A stretch of DNA of 63,024 nt, the filler included. It is 5 parts of 5 records of this genome, joined end to end, with 100 filler letters (N's around TTAATTAATTAA, not from the genome) between each part and the next. Parts side by side here need not be neighbours in the genome. Positions count along the whole stretch, not along the records: positions 29,268 to 41,135 come from SRR20825019_2798; positions 41,236 to 52,833 come from SRR20825019_2803; 3 more parts are not named here. One strand, written 5' to 3'. A program made the translations under genes and the position numbers. The first letter of the stretch is position 1; each line of letters begins with the position of its first letter. Shown here one piece after another: positions 40,049 to 48,333 of the stretch. The notes beneath the pieces are model-generated. The model was given only the letters and a program-made list of their open reading frames with translations. It was not told where the DNA came from and did not search any database.

Positions 40049-41134
40049 TTATGGTTTCTGTGGTAGATGTGGGGGTAGTAGGATATGTAGTCCCTCAATG
40101 AAGGCCCCAGTGGGGACTGCCCTGAGCTGCGACATGGCACTAAGATCGACGGTACTAATACCAGTACACCCCACTAGGAATTTCCTCTCTATATCCGCTA
40201 CCTGTGATAGGGGACTGAGGTCGATACTCCTCAGGCCTGTGCACCCCGACAGGAACCCCTCTAATATTCTTGTTTGTTTAGATAGGGGGACTAGATTAAT
40301 AGACGTGAGACCACTGCATTCCGAGAGGAACTCCTCTTGTACATTTCTATGTAGCGACACCAAAGGGCTAAGATCGATAGATGTTCGACCACTGCATCCG
40401 ATGAGGAACTTCCGTCGGATGTCCCTGACATGCTTAAAAGGGCTCAGATTGATCGACTGCAACCCACTACATCCGCTCAAGAAAGATTTCGGAATCGTCC
40501 TTAGCTGTGCCAAGGGTGTGAGATCGATGGATGTAAGCCCGATGCATCCAACTAGGAACTCCTCCTGGAGAGTCGTTATTATTGTAGTAGGGAGGTGTAC
40601 CACCGTCAGCCCCCTGCATCCCTCTAACATCATCCCAGGAAGATCAGTGATCCCCACAAGGGGGCGTAGATCCACTACCTGCAGCCCGATGCACCCACTG
40701 AGGAAGTATCGAGGGAGCTCTAGCAGGTTTGAGAGGGGGCTGAGGTCTATGGATGTTAGGGTAGTGCATCCTGATAGGAACCGCTCATAGAGGAGCCTCA
40801 CATGGGAAAGGGGACTGAGATCAATTGACCTCAATCCCAGACATTTAGATAGAAAACCCCCTGGGATCTTCGTTATGTGTTTAAAGGGGAGTAGATCAAT
40901 CGATGTGAGGCTGGTGCACCCCTCGAGTAGCCCCCCAGGCATTTTAGATAGCCTAGATAGGGGTGCCATATCTACTGTGGTCCTCAGGCCTGTACACCCC
41001 GAGAGGAACCCTGACCCAACCTCTGTGATCTGCACCAAGGGGCTCAAATCAATCGTCGAGAGACCTGTGCATCCAGCAAGGAAGTGCCCTCCTATAACTG
41101 CAACTTGTGAGAGGGGGCTCAGATCGATGGATGT
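40049..41134 (-). CDS. Leucine-rich repeat protein with 24-aa repeats, 5'-truncated
   Basis: About 14-15 tandem units of FLSGCTGLTSIDLSPLSxxxxIxxx; the frame is open to the contig end. Confidence 0.9.
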   Translation of the reverse strand, partial: TSIDLSPLSQVAVIGGHFLAGCTGLSTIDLSPLVQITEVGSGFLSGCTGLRTTVDMAPLSRLSKMPGGLLEGCTSLTSIDLLPFKHITKIPGGFLSKCLGLRSIDLSPLSHVRLLYERFLSGCTTLTSIDLSPLSNLLELPRYFLSGCIGLQVVDLRPLVGITDLPGMMLEGCRGLTVVHLPTTIITTLQEEFLVGCIGLTSIDLTPLAQLRTIPKSFLSGCSGLQSINLSPFKHVRDIRRKFLIGCSGRTSIDLSPLVSLHRNVQEEFLSECSGLTSINLVPLSKQTRILEGFLSGCTGLRSIDLSPLSQVADIERKFLVGCTGISTVDLSAMSQLRAVPTGAFIEGLHILLPPHLPQKP

Positions 41135-41135
41135 G

Positions 41136-41235
41136 NNNNNNNNNNNNNNNNNNNNNNNNNNNNNNNNNNNNNNNNNNNNTTAATTAATTAANNNNNNNNN
41201 NNNNNNNNNNNNNNNNNNNNNNNNNNNNNNNNNNN
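41136..41235. other. Artificial contig linker
   Basis: Same 100-nt spacer. Confidence 0.98.
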
Positions 41236-41440
41236 CGTGCAGGTCCTGGAAGGCGAAAACGCCATCCTCAAGAACCGCGAAATCATGGGTGCCACCAACC
41301 CGGAAAACGCCGCTGAAGGCACCATCCGCAAGGAATTCGCCCTCTCCGTCGGCGAAAACTCCGTGCACGGTTCGGACGCTCCGGAAACCGCTGCCCAGGA
41401 AATCAAGTTCTTCTTCTCCGACGACGAAATCGTTGGGTAA
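41236..41440 (+). CDS. ndk: Nucleoside diphosphate kinase, 5'-truncated
   Basis: [14 protein letters not shown] and catalytic NSVHGSD. Confidence 0.95.
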
Positions 41441-41448
41441 GACCCGAG

Positions 41449-41527
41449 GGCTGGCCAAGGCCAGCCGGCAAATCGCTCCGGTGGAGCGATTTGAGGGACG
41501 AATGCCCTGAGCCCCGCGAAGGGCCGG
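41449..41527. repeat. Multi-hairpin intergenic element (REP/RIME-like), copy 1
   Basis: GGCTGGCC-AA-GGCCAGCC; CAAATCGCTCC-GGT-GGAGCGATTTG; GCCC-TGAG..CGAA-GGGC. Confidence 0.55.
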
Positions 41528-41554
41528 GCCGATGTCTCCGCCACCGCAAATTCC

Positions 41555-41579
41555 AGGCCGCCCGCCGGGCGGCCTTTTT
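41555..41579 (+). terminator. Intrinsic terminator after ndk
   Basis: AGGCCGCCC-GCC-GGGCGGCCT followed by TTTT. Confidence 0.85.
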
Positions 41580-41727
41580 GCTTGTTCGTGCTATAAGGCA
41601 TTGAACTCGTCCCGGGTCACTCCGCCACAAGGGCGGAACCCCATTGATAGACACCAGCAATCGGTCGGAGCATCCCGCAGCGTCGGGGCACGGCACGCAT
41701 GGTGTAATCCGCTCCGAAAGAACTGCA

Positions 41728-43692
41728 TTGTCCCTACCCGATACTATTATTGCCCCTATCGCCCAGGCCCTCGTGGCCAAGGGCTATGACAGCCTCACCC
41801 CGGTGCAGGCTGCCGTCATCGAAGAAGGCGCGGATGGGCGCGACCTTCTGGTCTCGGCCCAGACCGGCTCGGGCAAGACCGTCGCCTTTGGCATGGCCAT
41901 CGCGCCGACCCTGTTGGGCGACGACCTCATTCTGCCCGCCCCTGGCGCACCGCTGGCACTGGTGATTGCGCCGACCCGCGAACTGGCCATGCAGGTCCGC
42001 CGCGAACTCGACTGGCTCTATGCCACTATGCACGCCCAGACCGCCGCCGGCGTTGGTGGCATGGACCAGCGCACCGAGCGCCGGGCGCTGGAACGCGGCG
42101 CCCATATTGTGGTGGGCACGCCCGGGCGCCTGCGCGACCACATCACCCGCGGTGTGCTCGACACCTCGGCGCTGCGTGCCGTGGTGCTCGACGAAGCCGA
42201 TGAAATGCTCGACCTCGGCTTCCGCGAAGATCTCGAATTCATCCTCGACGCCGCGCCGGAAGATCGCCGCACCCTGCTGTTCTCCGCGACAGTGCCCAAA
42301 ACCATCGCTGAGCTGGCCAAGACCTTCCAGCGCAATGCCCTGCGCATCACCGCAGCCAGCTCCGGCTCGCAGCACGCCGATATCGAGTACAAGCTGATGT
42401 CGGTCCCTGCCGCCGAGCGCGAAAACGCCGTCATCAACACGCTGCTCTGGTACGAGAGCACCAATACCATCGTCTTCGCCTCGACCCGCGAGGCGGTGAA
42501 GCATCTCTCGGCCCGGCTGCACAATCGCGGCTTTGACGTTGTGACCCTCTCGGGCGAACTGAGCCAGGCCGAGCGCACCAGCGCGCTGCAATCCATGCGC
42601 GATGGCCGCGCCCGCATCTGCGTGGCCACCGACGTTGCCGCCCGCGGCATCGACCTGCCCAATCTCGACCTGGTCATTCACGCCGACCTGCCGATGAATG
42701 CCGAAACCCTGCTGCACCGTTCGGGCCGCACCGGCCGGGCAGGGCGCAAGGGCACCTGTGTCGTCATCGCCCCGGCCCATCGCAAGCGCGTGGCGCTCTC
42801 CATCCTGCGCACTGCCAAGATCGATGCCGAAAACATTGCCCCGCCCAGCGCCGCCGATATCGATGCGCGCTATCGCGAGCATATCCTCTCGGGCGAGACG
42901 CTGAGCGCGCCGGCCACCGAGGACGAGGCGCCGCTGGTGAGCCAATTGCTCGAGCGCCACAGCCCTGAGGCTATCGCTGCCGCCTATGTGCGCCTGCAAC
43001 TGGCGGCGCGGCCGGTCCCCGAGGATGTGACCGCCACCGCACCCGATGACTTCGGTTCGCGCGAGCCGCGCAGCCGTGAGGCCTTTGTGGGCGGCAGCTG
43101 GTTCAAGGTCAATCTGGGCCGCAAGCAGCGCGCCGAGCCGCGCTGGCTGCTGCCGATGATCTGCAAGGCCGGTGGTGTCACCAAGTCCGCCATCGGCTCA
43201 ATCCGCATTTTCGACACCGAGAGCATTTTCGAGATCGCCGCCGACAAGGTCGACAGCTTCCTGCGCAATGTGGGCAGCAATGGCACCGGCGAAAAGGGCG
43301 TGCATATCAACGCCGTCGATGGTCCGGGCGAACGCCCCGAGCGCTCCGAGCGTCCGCAGGGTAAGCGCCGTCCGCCCGGCCCGCCGGAAAAATACGATCC
43401 AATGAAGGCCCGGCCAGAGCGCGCCGACCGCAAGCAGCGCTATGGCTCGTCCAAGCTGCGGGCCGACGACTTCGAGCAACCCGCCGAGCGTCCAGCCACA
43501 CGCCCGGCGACCCGGCCCGTGGAGCAACCCGCAGAACACGTCACAATCCGCCCGGCCAAGTCGGCCAAATCGACCCCCAAGGACAAGGGCAAGCCCAAAT
43601 GGTCAAAGCCCGCCGCCGAAGGTGAAGCGCGCCCGCCCAAGAAGAAGGCCGCCAAGGCCAAGGACCACAAGAAGAACCGCAGCGAAATCTAG
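41728..43692 (+). CDS. DEAD-box RNA helicase with DbpA-type RNA-binding domain and basic tail
   Basis: AQTGSGKT, PTRELA, TPGRL, DEAD, SAT, ARGID and HRSGRTGRAG; TTG start at 41728 is inferred. Confidence 0.95.
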   Translation: MSLPDTIIAPIAQALVAKGYDSLTPVQAAVIEEGADGRDLLVSAQTGSGKTVAFGMAIAPTLLGDDLILPAPGAPLALVIAPTRELAMQVRRELDWLYATMHAQTAAGVGGMDQRTERRALERGAHIVVGTPGRLRDHITRGVLDTSALRAVVLDEADEMLDLGFREDLEFILDAAPEDRRTLLFSATVPKTIAELAKTFQRNALRITAASSGSQHADIEYKLMSVPAAERENAVINTLLWYESTNTIVFASTREAVKHLSARLHNRGFDVVTLSGELSQAERTSALQSMRDGRARICVATDVAARGIDLPNLDLVIHADLPMNAETLLHRSGRTGRAGRKGTCVVIAPAHRKRVALSILRTAKIDAENIAPPSAADIDARYREHILSGETLSAPATEDEAPLVSQLLERHSPEAIAAAYVRLQLAARPVPEDVTATAPDDFGSREPRSREAFVGGSWFKVNLGRKQRAEPRWLLPMICKAGGVTKSAIGSIRIFDTESIFEIAADKVDSFLRNVGSNGTGEKGVHINAVDGPGERPERSERPQGKRRPPGPPEKYDPMKARPERADRKQRYGSSKLRADDFEQPAERPATRPATRPVEQPAEHVTIRPAKSAKSTPKDKGKPKWSKPAAEGEARPPKKKAAKAKDHKKNRSEI

Positions 43693-44906
43693 CTGGCGAC
43701 TGGCTGGGGCTTCAACCGCCCCAGCCGCTCCAGATTGCCGCCCAGCATGATGCCGGCGCCGATGACTGCCACGGCGCCCCCGACCAGCAGCGCAAAGCGA
43801 TAGTCCCCGCCCGAGGTCAGCACGCCAAAGGCGGTGGCGCCAAGCAGATTGCCGGCAATGGCGACCACATCCATCAAGGAGGTCGACAGGCCAACCCGGC
43901 CTTTGATGGCCTCCTGGATATAGGAGATGTTGATGCTCATCAGCGCCGCCGTGCCCAGGCCATTGAGGATCAGCAGCCAGCAAAACACCGTCATGTCGGT
44001 GAGAGCCGACGCCAGGGCGAGGAAGAGGGCAATCACCAGGCCGGCCGCCGCCAGCAGGGTTTCCTTGGTCAGCTTCGTCGTCAGCCAGCCCCAAAGCAGC
44101 ATGCAAGGCACCTCGGCCAGCGCAGTGATGCCCGCGTAAAAGCCGACATCGGTGACCGTGCCATCAAGGTCCGTGACAATGAAGAGCGGCACGGTGAAGC
44201 TCAGGATCCGCATCGCCATGCTCATCACGATCAATCCCACCAGCCCGGCCAGCACGCCCAAAGGCAGGGCAAAGGTCGAGAGCAGCGACGCGCCCTCCGC
44301 CCGCACCGGCGGCGGGACGTGGACATGGGTGGATTTGTCGCTCATCAGCGCCAGGAAAATTGCTGCAATGGCCACATAGCTCAGTGATGAGGCGAGGTAG
44401 ACGTCGAAAATGCTGAACTCCGCCGCCACCCAGCCCGCAGCCGGAGGCACCACGACCCAGGCAATGGTGAAGACTGTGCGCAGCGCGGTGACCATGAAGT
44501 CGGCCCGGCCTGGCATATGCTGGGAATAATAGACCCGGATATAGGCGAAACACTGCGAAAAACAGGTGAAGCCGATTGGCATCAACAGGGCCATGGAGAT
44601 CGTGAAGCCGGCTTGCGTGGGCCAGAGATAGATCAGCCCGTGACCAGCCACGCCGCCCAGCGCCGCGATCAGCACCAGGATGCGGCGGTCAGGCAGCTTG
44701 TCGGAAATATAGCCCAGAAACAGGGACAGAAACGTCCCCAGCACCGATCCGACCGCCATGATGGTGGCAAACCAGCCCGGCGACATGCCCAGCGTGTCCA
44801 CGCCCACCAGCGAAGCGTAAGGCATGGTGGCGGCATAGATGATGCCGGAGAAGAACATGTTGGCGCCCAGCAGGGCAGTCACGGGCATGCGGGCAGACGA
44901 CGGCAT
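43689..44906 (-). CDS. MFS transporter (sugar-efflux-like)
   Basis: 405 aa, about 12 hydrophobic segments, GYISDKLPDRR motif A variant. Confidence 0.85.
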   Translation of the reverse strand: MPSSARMPVTALLGANMFFSGIIYAATMPYASLVGVDTLGMSPGWFATIMAVGSVLGTFLSLFLGYISDKLPDRRILVLIAALGGVAGHGLIYLWPTQAGFTISMALLMPIGFTCFSQCFAYIRVYYSQHMPGRADFMVTALRTVFTIAWVVVPPAAGWVAAEFSIFDVYLASSLSYVAIAAIFLALMSDKSTHVHVPPPVRAEGASLLSTFALPLGVLAGLVGLIVMSMAMRILSFTVPLFIVTDLDGTVTDVGFYAGITALAEVPCMLLWGWLTTKLTKETLLAAAGLVIALFLALASALTDMTVFCWLLILNGLGTAALMSINISYIQEAIKGRVGLSTSLMDVVAIAGNLLGATAFGVLTSGGDYRFALLVGGAVAVIGAGIMLGGNLERLGRLKPQPVAS

Positions 44907-44980
44907 CGCTCTCCTCCCAAAGAGACCAGAGAGCTATCGCGGCATGTGGGGGATTGTCTATTTAAATCGATTGCGGTGTG

Positions 44981-45589
44981 TCAGGCGCTCTCCGCGGCCG
45001 GGCTGGCCCGCGCTATGTCGTTGGCCAGGGTTTCGATTTCGGCGGCATGTTTCTCCGTTGACGGTTCGATACTGTCCATCCAGGTGCCGAAGCGCTTGAG
45101 CATGGGCACGAAGGCAGCCAGTTCGTCCGCATCCCATTCGGTCAGGAAATCACCCATGATGAGAAACTTGTAGGCCCGGACGGCTTCGACAACGGCGCGC
45201 CCGCGCTCGGTCAATTCGATAAGGGTGCGCCGCGCATCGGCCTGGCTGACCGTGCGGCGCGCATAGCCCTGTTCGACCATTTCGCTGACCAGCCGGCTGG
45301 CGCGCGAGGGATCGATATTGAGCCGCTCGGCGACCGTTGAAACCATCACCTCACCGGCGCCTTCTGTCTCGGCGAAGGCGCCATCGATGGCCGCGAGTAC
45401 ATCCAGTTGCGCCAGTTCGAGATCGATCTTGAGGTCGACCAGCGCCCGGTGGCCCAGTTCACGTTTCATGGCGCGGCGGCGCCATTTCTGCATCAGCCCG
45501 TCAATTTCCATCGCCGCCTCGGCGGTGACCGGATCGATCCCGGCATGATGCAGCAGGGCACTCAGTTCACTCTTGTCATTCAAAGGCAT
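44981..45589 (-). CDS. MarR-family regulator
   Basis: VAERLNIDPSRASRLVSEMVEQGY and DARRTLIELTERG; divergent from the MDR pump. Confidence 0.9.
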   Translation of the reverse strand: MPLNDKSELSALLHHAGIDPVTAEAAMEIDGLMQKWRRRAMKRELGHRALVDLKIDLELAQLDVLAAIDGAFAETEGAGEVMVSTVAERLNIDPSRASRLVSEMVEQGYARRTVSQADARRTLIELTERGRAVVEAVRAYKFLIMGDFLTEWDADELAAFVPMLKRFGTWMDSIEPSTEKHAAEIETLANDIARASPAAESA

Positions 45590-45606
45590 GGCAGCCCCGC
45601 TGATAT

Positions 45607-45660
45607 GCATGCATTGTACAACTGCATGCTATTGACATGTAATTGCTGTGGGCACATATA
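45607..45660. promoter_or_regulatory. Candidate MarR operator and MDR promoter
   Basis: GCATGCA-TTGTACAAC-TGCATGC inverted repeat (45607-45629) next to TTGACA (45632) and CATATA (45655), 17 nt apart. Confidence 0.6.
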
Positions 45661-45726
45661 TGCCGACAGAATTCATTTCGCAAGGGCCGGCCTGTTTCGC
45701 CGCCCGAGCCCGCAAGGAATGCCCCA

Positions 45727-47310
45727 ATGTCCGACCCTGTTCAACCGGCCGAAACGCCGGACAACCCCTCCGTTGCGCTGATCATCGGCGCGGTGGCTGT
45801 TACGCTGCTGCTCGCGTCCCTGGGACAGACCATCGTTTCGGCCGCGCTTCCGGTTATTGTTGGCCAGCTTGGCGGGCTCGAGCACCTCACCTGGGTGGTC
45901 ATCGCCTATCTGCTCAGCTCCACCGTGGTCGCGCCCATCTATGGCAAGCTGGGTGACCTGTTCGGGCGCAAGATCGTGCTGCAGGTCGCCATTGTCATCT
46001 TTCTCGCCGGGGCCGTCCTGTCGGCCATGGCGACAAGCATGAATTTTCTGATTATCGCGCGTGCCGTGCAGGGGCTGGGCGGTGGCGGCCTATTGGTGGT
46101 CGCCATGACCGTGGTGGCCGATATCATTCCCCCGCGCCAGCGCGGCAAAGTGCAGGGCCTGTTCGGCGCCGTCTTCGGTGTGTCCACTGTTATCGGCCCC
46201 TTGCTCGGAGGCTTTATCGTCGAGCACTTTTCCTGGCAGTGGATCTTCCTTATCAACCTGCCCCTGGGCATTCTGGCACTGGCCGTCATTGCCGTCGCGC
46301 TCAAGCCACGCGGTGTGCGGGTCAAGCATTCCATCGACTATTGGGGTTTTGTGCTGCTCTCGGGCGGGCTCACGGCTTTCGTGCTGGCAACCTCTCTTGG
46401 TGGCAACACTTGGGACTGGTTCTCGCCCCAGATCATTGGCCTGATTGTCTTTGCCATCGGCATGCTGGTCGCCTTTGTCTGGACGGAGAGCCGCGCCGCC
46501 GAGCCGGTGCTGCCCTTGGGCCTGTTCAAAATCAACACCTTTGCCCTGACCAGTGTCATCGGTTTTTTCGTCGGCATGGCCATGTTTGGCTCGATCACCT
46601 TCCTGCCCATGTATCTGCAGCTGGCAAAGGGTGTGTCGCCCATGGATTCGGCGCTGCAGCTCGTGCCCATGATGGTGGGCATGATCGGCACCTCGATGCT
46701 GTCGGGTTTTTTCATGACCCGCACCGGCCGCTACAAGCGCCTGCCGCAGCTCTCGACCCTGGTGCTGACCATTGGCTGCCTGCTGCTCGCGACAATGCAG
46801 CTCGATACCCCGGCCTGGGCGATCGCCATCTATATGTTCCTGGTCGGCGCCGGCATCGGTCCGGTCAACAGCGTCAGCATCACCGCCACGCAGAATGCCG
46901 TAGCACGCGAAGTGGTGGGCGCGGCCACCGCCGGCAATACGCTGTTCCGCCAGATTGGCGGGTCGATCGGCGTGTCGATCTTCGGCGCCATTTTCTCGAG
47001 CGGGCTGGCCAGCCATTTGAGCGCGGTCCTGCCCGAGGGCGCCGATATGGGCACCGGCAGTTTCAGCACCCAGGCCGTCGCCAGCCTGCCAGAACCGGTG
47101 CAGGCCCTGGTTCTGGAGGCCTTTGCCTCGGCGCTGCACCCGGTGTTCTTTACGGCAGCCGGCGTGTCGATCCTGGCCTTCGGGCTGAGCTTCTTCCTCG
47201 AGGAACTCCCCTTGGCCACCACCTTGCGTAAAGAGCCGGAGGCGGAAATCGACGCCGAGGAGCAGGCCAGCGCCGCCCTGGTCGGCGCCCCGGCCAGCGT
47301 TCGCGGCTGA
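45727..47310 (+). CDS. DHA2/EmrB-QacA-family MDR MFS transporter
   Basis: GKLGDLFGRK, ARAVQGLGGGG, IGPLLGG and WQWIFLINLPLG. Confidence 0.92.
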   Translation: MSDPVQPAETPDNPSVALIIGAVAVTLLLASLGQTIVSAALPVIVGQLGGLEHLTWVVIAYLLSSTVVAPIYGKLGDLFGRKIVLQVAIVIFLAGAVLSAMATSMNFLIIARAVQGLGGGGLLVVAMTVVADIIPPRQRGKVQGLFGAVFGVSTVIGPLLGGFIVEHFSWQWIFLINLPLGILALAVIAVALKPRGVRVKHSIDYWGFVLLSGGLTAFVLATSLGGNTWDWFSPQIIGLIVFAIGMLVAFVWTESRAAEPVLPLGLFKINTFALTSVIGFFVGMAMFGSITFLPMYLQLAKGVSPMDSALQLVPMMVGMIGTSMLSGFFMTRTGRYKRLPQLSTLVLTIGCLLLATMQLDTPAWAIAIYMFLVGAGIGPVNSVSITATQNAVAREVVGAATAGNTLFRQIGGSIGVSIFGAIFSSGLASHLSAVLPEGADMGTGSFSTQAVASLPEPVQALVLEAFASALHPVFFTAAGVSILAFGLSFFLEELPLATTLRKEPEAEIDAEEQASAALVGAPASVRG

Positions 47311-47618
47311 GACATTTCTGCCACGTTTCGGCATCGCCATGCCCGGACCGCTCCGATCACAGATCGGGGCGGCTTTTGCTTTCTGATTCCATATTTGGTT
47401 CCGCAATTACAGGGAGTTAGACCCGGAGCGTGAATCAGATTGGCAGGGAGATGAATCACTTTCTGAAGCTCTTGAATCGATCTCTGGCCCCCTCATGGCT
47501 GTCCCGCCCCACTTATGGCGAAATTGTGAATGGCCAAATCACTTTGATTGCGTACCCTTCAAGGCAAGGAAATCTGCCGAATTTGCGTCACCGGCCCCGC
47601 ACCATGGAGACTTAAAGC

Positions 47619-48236
47619 GTGCCTTTGCGTTGGCAGGAAGTGGCTTTGCCGCTGATTACAATCACCCTTCTCATTGTCCTCAAGCACATTCCCATCACTG
47701 ACCATCTGCCGCTGTCCCGGGCGGCCGGCGTGGTGGCCTTTGGCTATGCCGCTTTTCTTGCCCTGCGGCTGCTGCAGCCCGAGGAGGCCGTTGCGGTAGA
47801 AGGCGGCTGGGCCGAATTGCGGCCCTCCATGGTCGAATATTTCGCCTGCTATGGCGCAGCGGCTCTGGCGGCCATCCTGCTCTTTGCCGTGATCATCATG
47901 GGCCATGTCGCCGACCCCACCCAGTTGATTGCCACCTATCTCGCAGTGGTGCTGCTGGCGGCCGGCTCGCTCGGCATCGGCATGGCGGGCCTGTTCACCC
48001 AGACCCGCTGGGATCATCGCCAGGTGACCCATCGCAACGCCATGGGCCGCGAGACGAAACTGGACTGGGCCGATGTGCGTGCGGTGCGGCCCAATTGGCG
48101 CGGCATCACCATCACCGGCACCGCCGGGCGCATCACGTTTTCCCAGTTCCACGCCGGCGCTGCCCAATTGGCCAGGCATGCCAGCACCCGCGCCCGCCGC
48201 AATTCCGAGACCGCGGCAAAGGCATTCGCGGCCTGA
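47619..48236 (+). CDS. Hypothetical membrane protein
   Basis: 205 aa; about four TM segments plus a soluble C-terminal domain. Confidence 0.65.
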   Translation: MPLRWQEVALPLITITLLIVLKHIPITDHLPLSRAAGVVAFGYAAFLALRLLQPEEAVAVEGGWAELRPSMVEYFACYGAAALAAILLFAVIIMGHVADPTQLIATYLAVVLLAAGSLGIGMAGLFTQTRWDHRQVTHRNAMGRETKLDWADVRAVRPNWRGITITGTAGRITFSQFHAGAAQLARHASTRARRNSETAAKAFAA

Positions 48237-48333
48237 CATTGTCGTGGGACAGGGGCGGGCCATCACAGCCCCTGATCCCTCCCATCACCACAATGCGATT
48301 GTCGCGGGGCAGGGGTGGGACTAACCTTGCCCC

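Noticed and set aside
41504..41524. Hammerhead ribozyme (CTGA..CGAA)
   Set aside because: The CUGANGA and GAAA core and the three-stem junction are not present.
41535..41543. TCTCCGCCA as a tRNA-Ser 3' duplication (att site) bounding an island
   Set aside because: Only 9 nt, no T-arm, no integrase, and the intervening genes look chromosomal.
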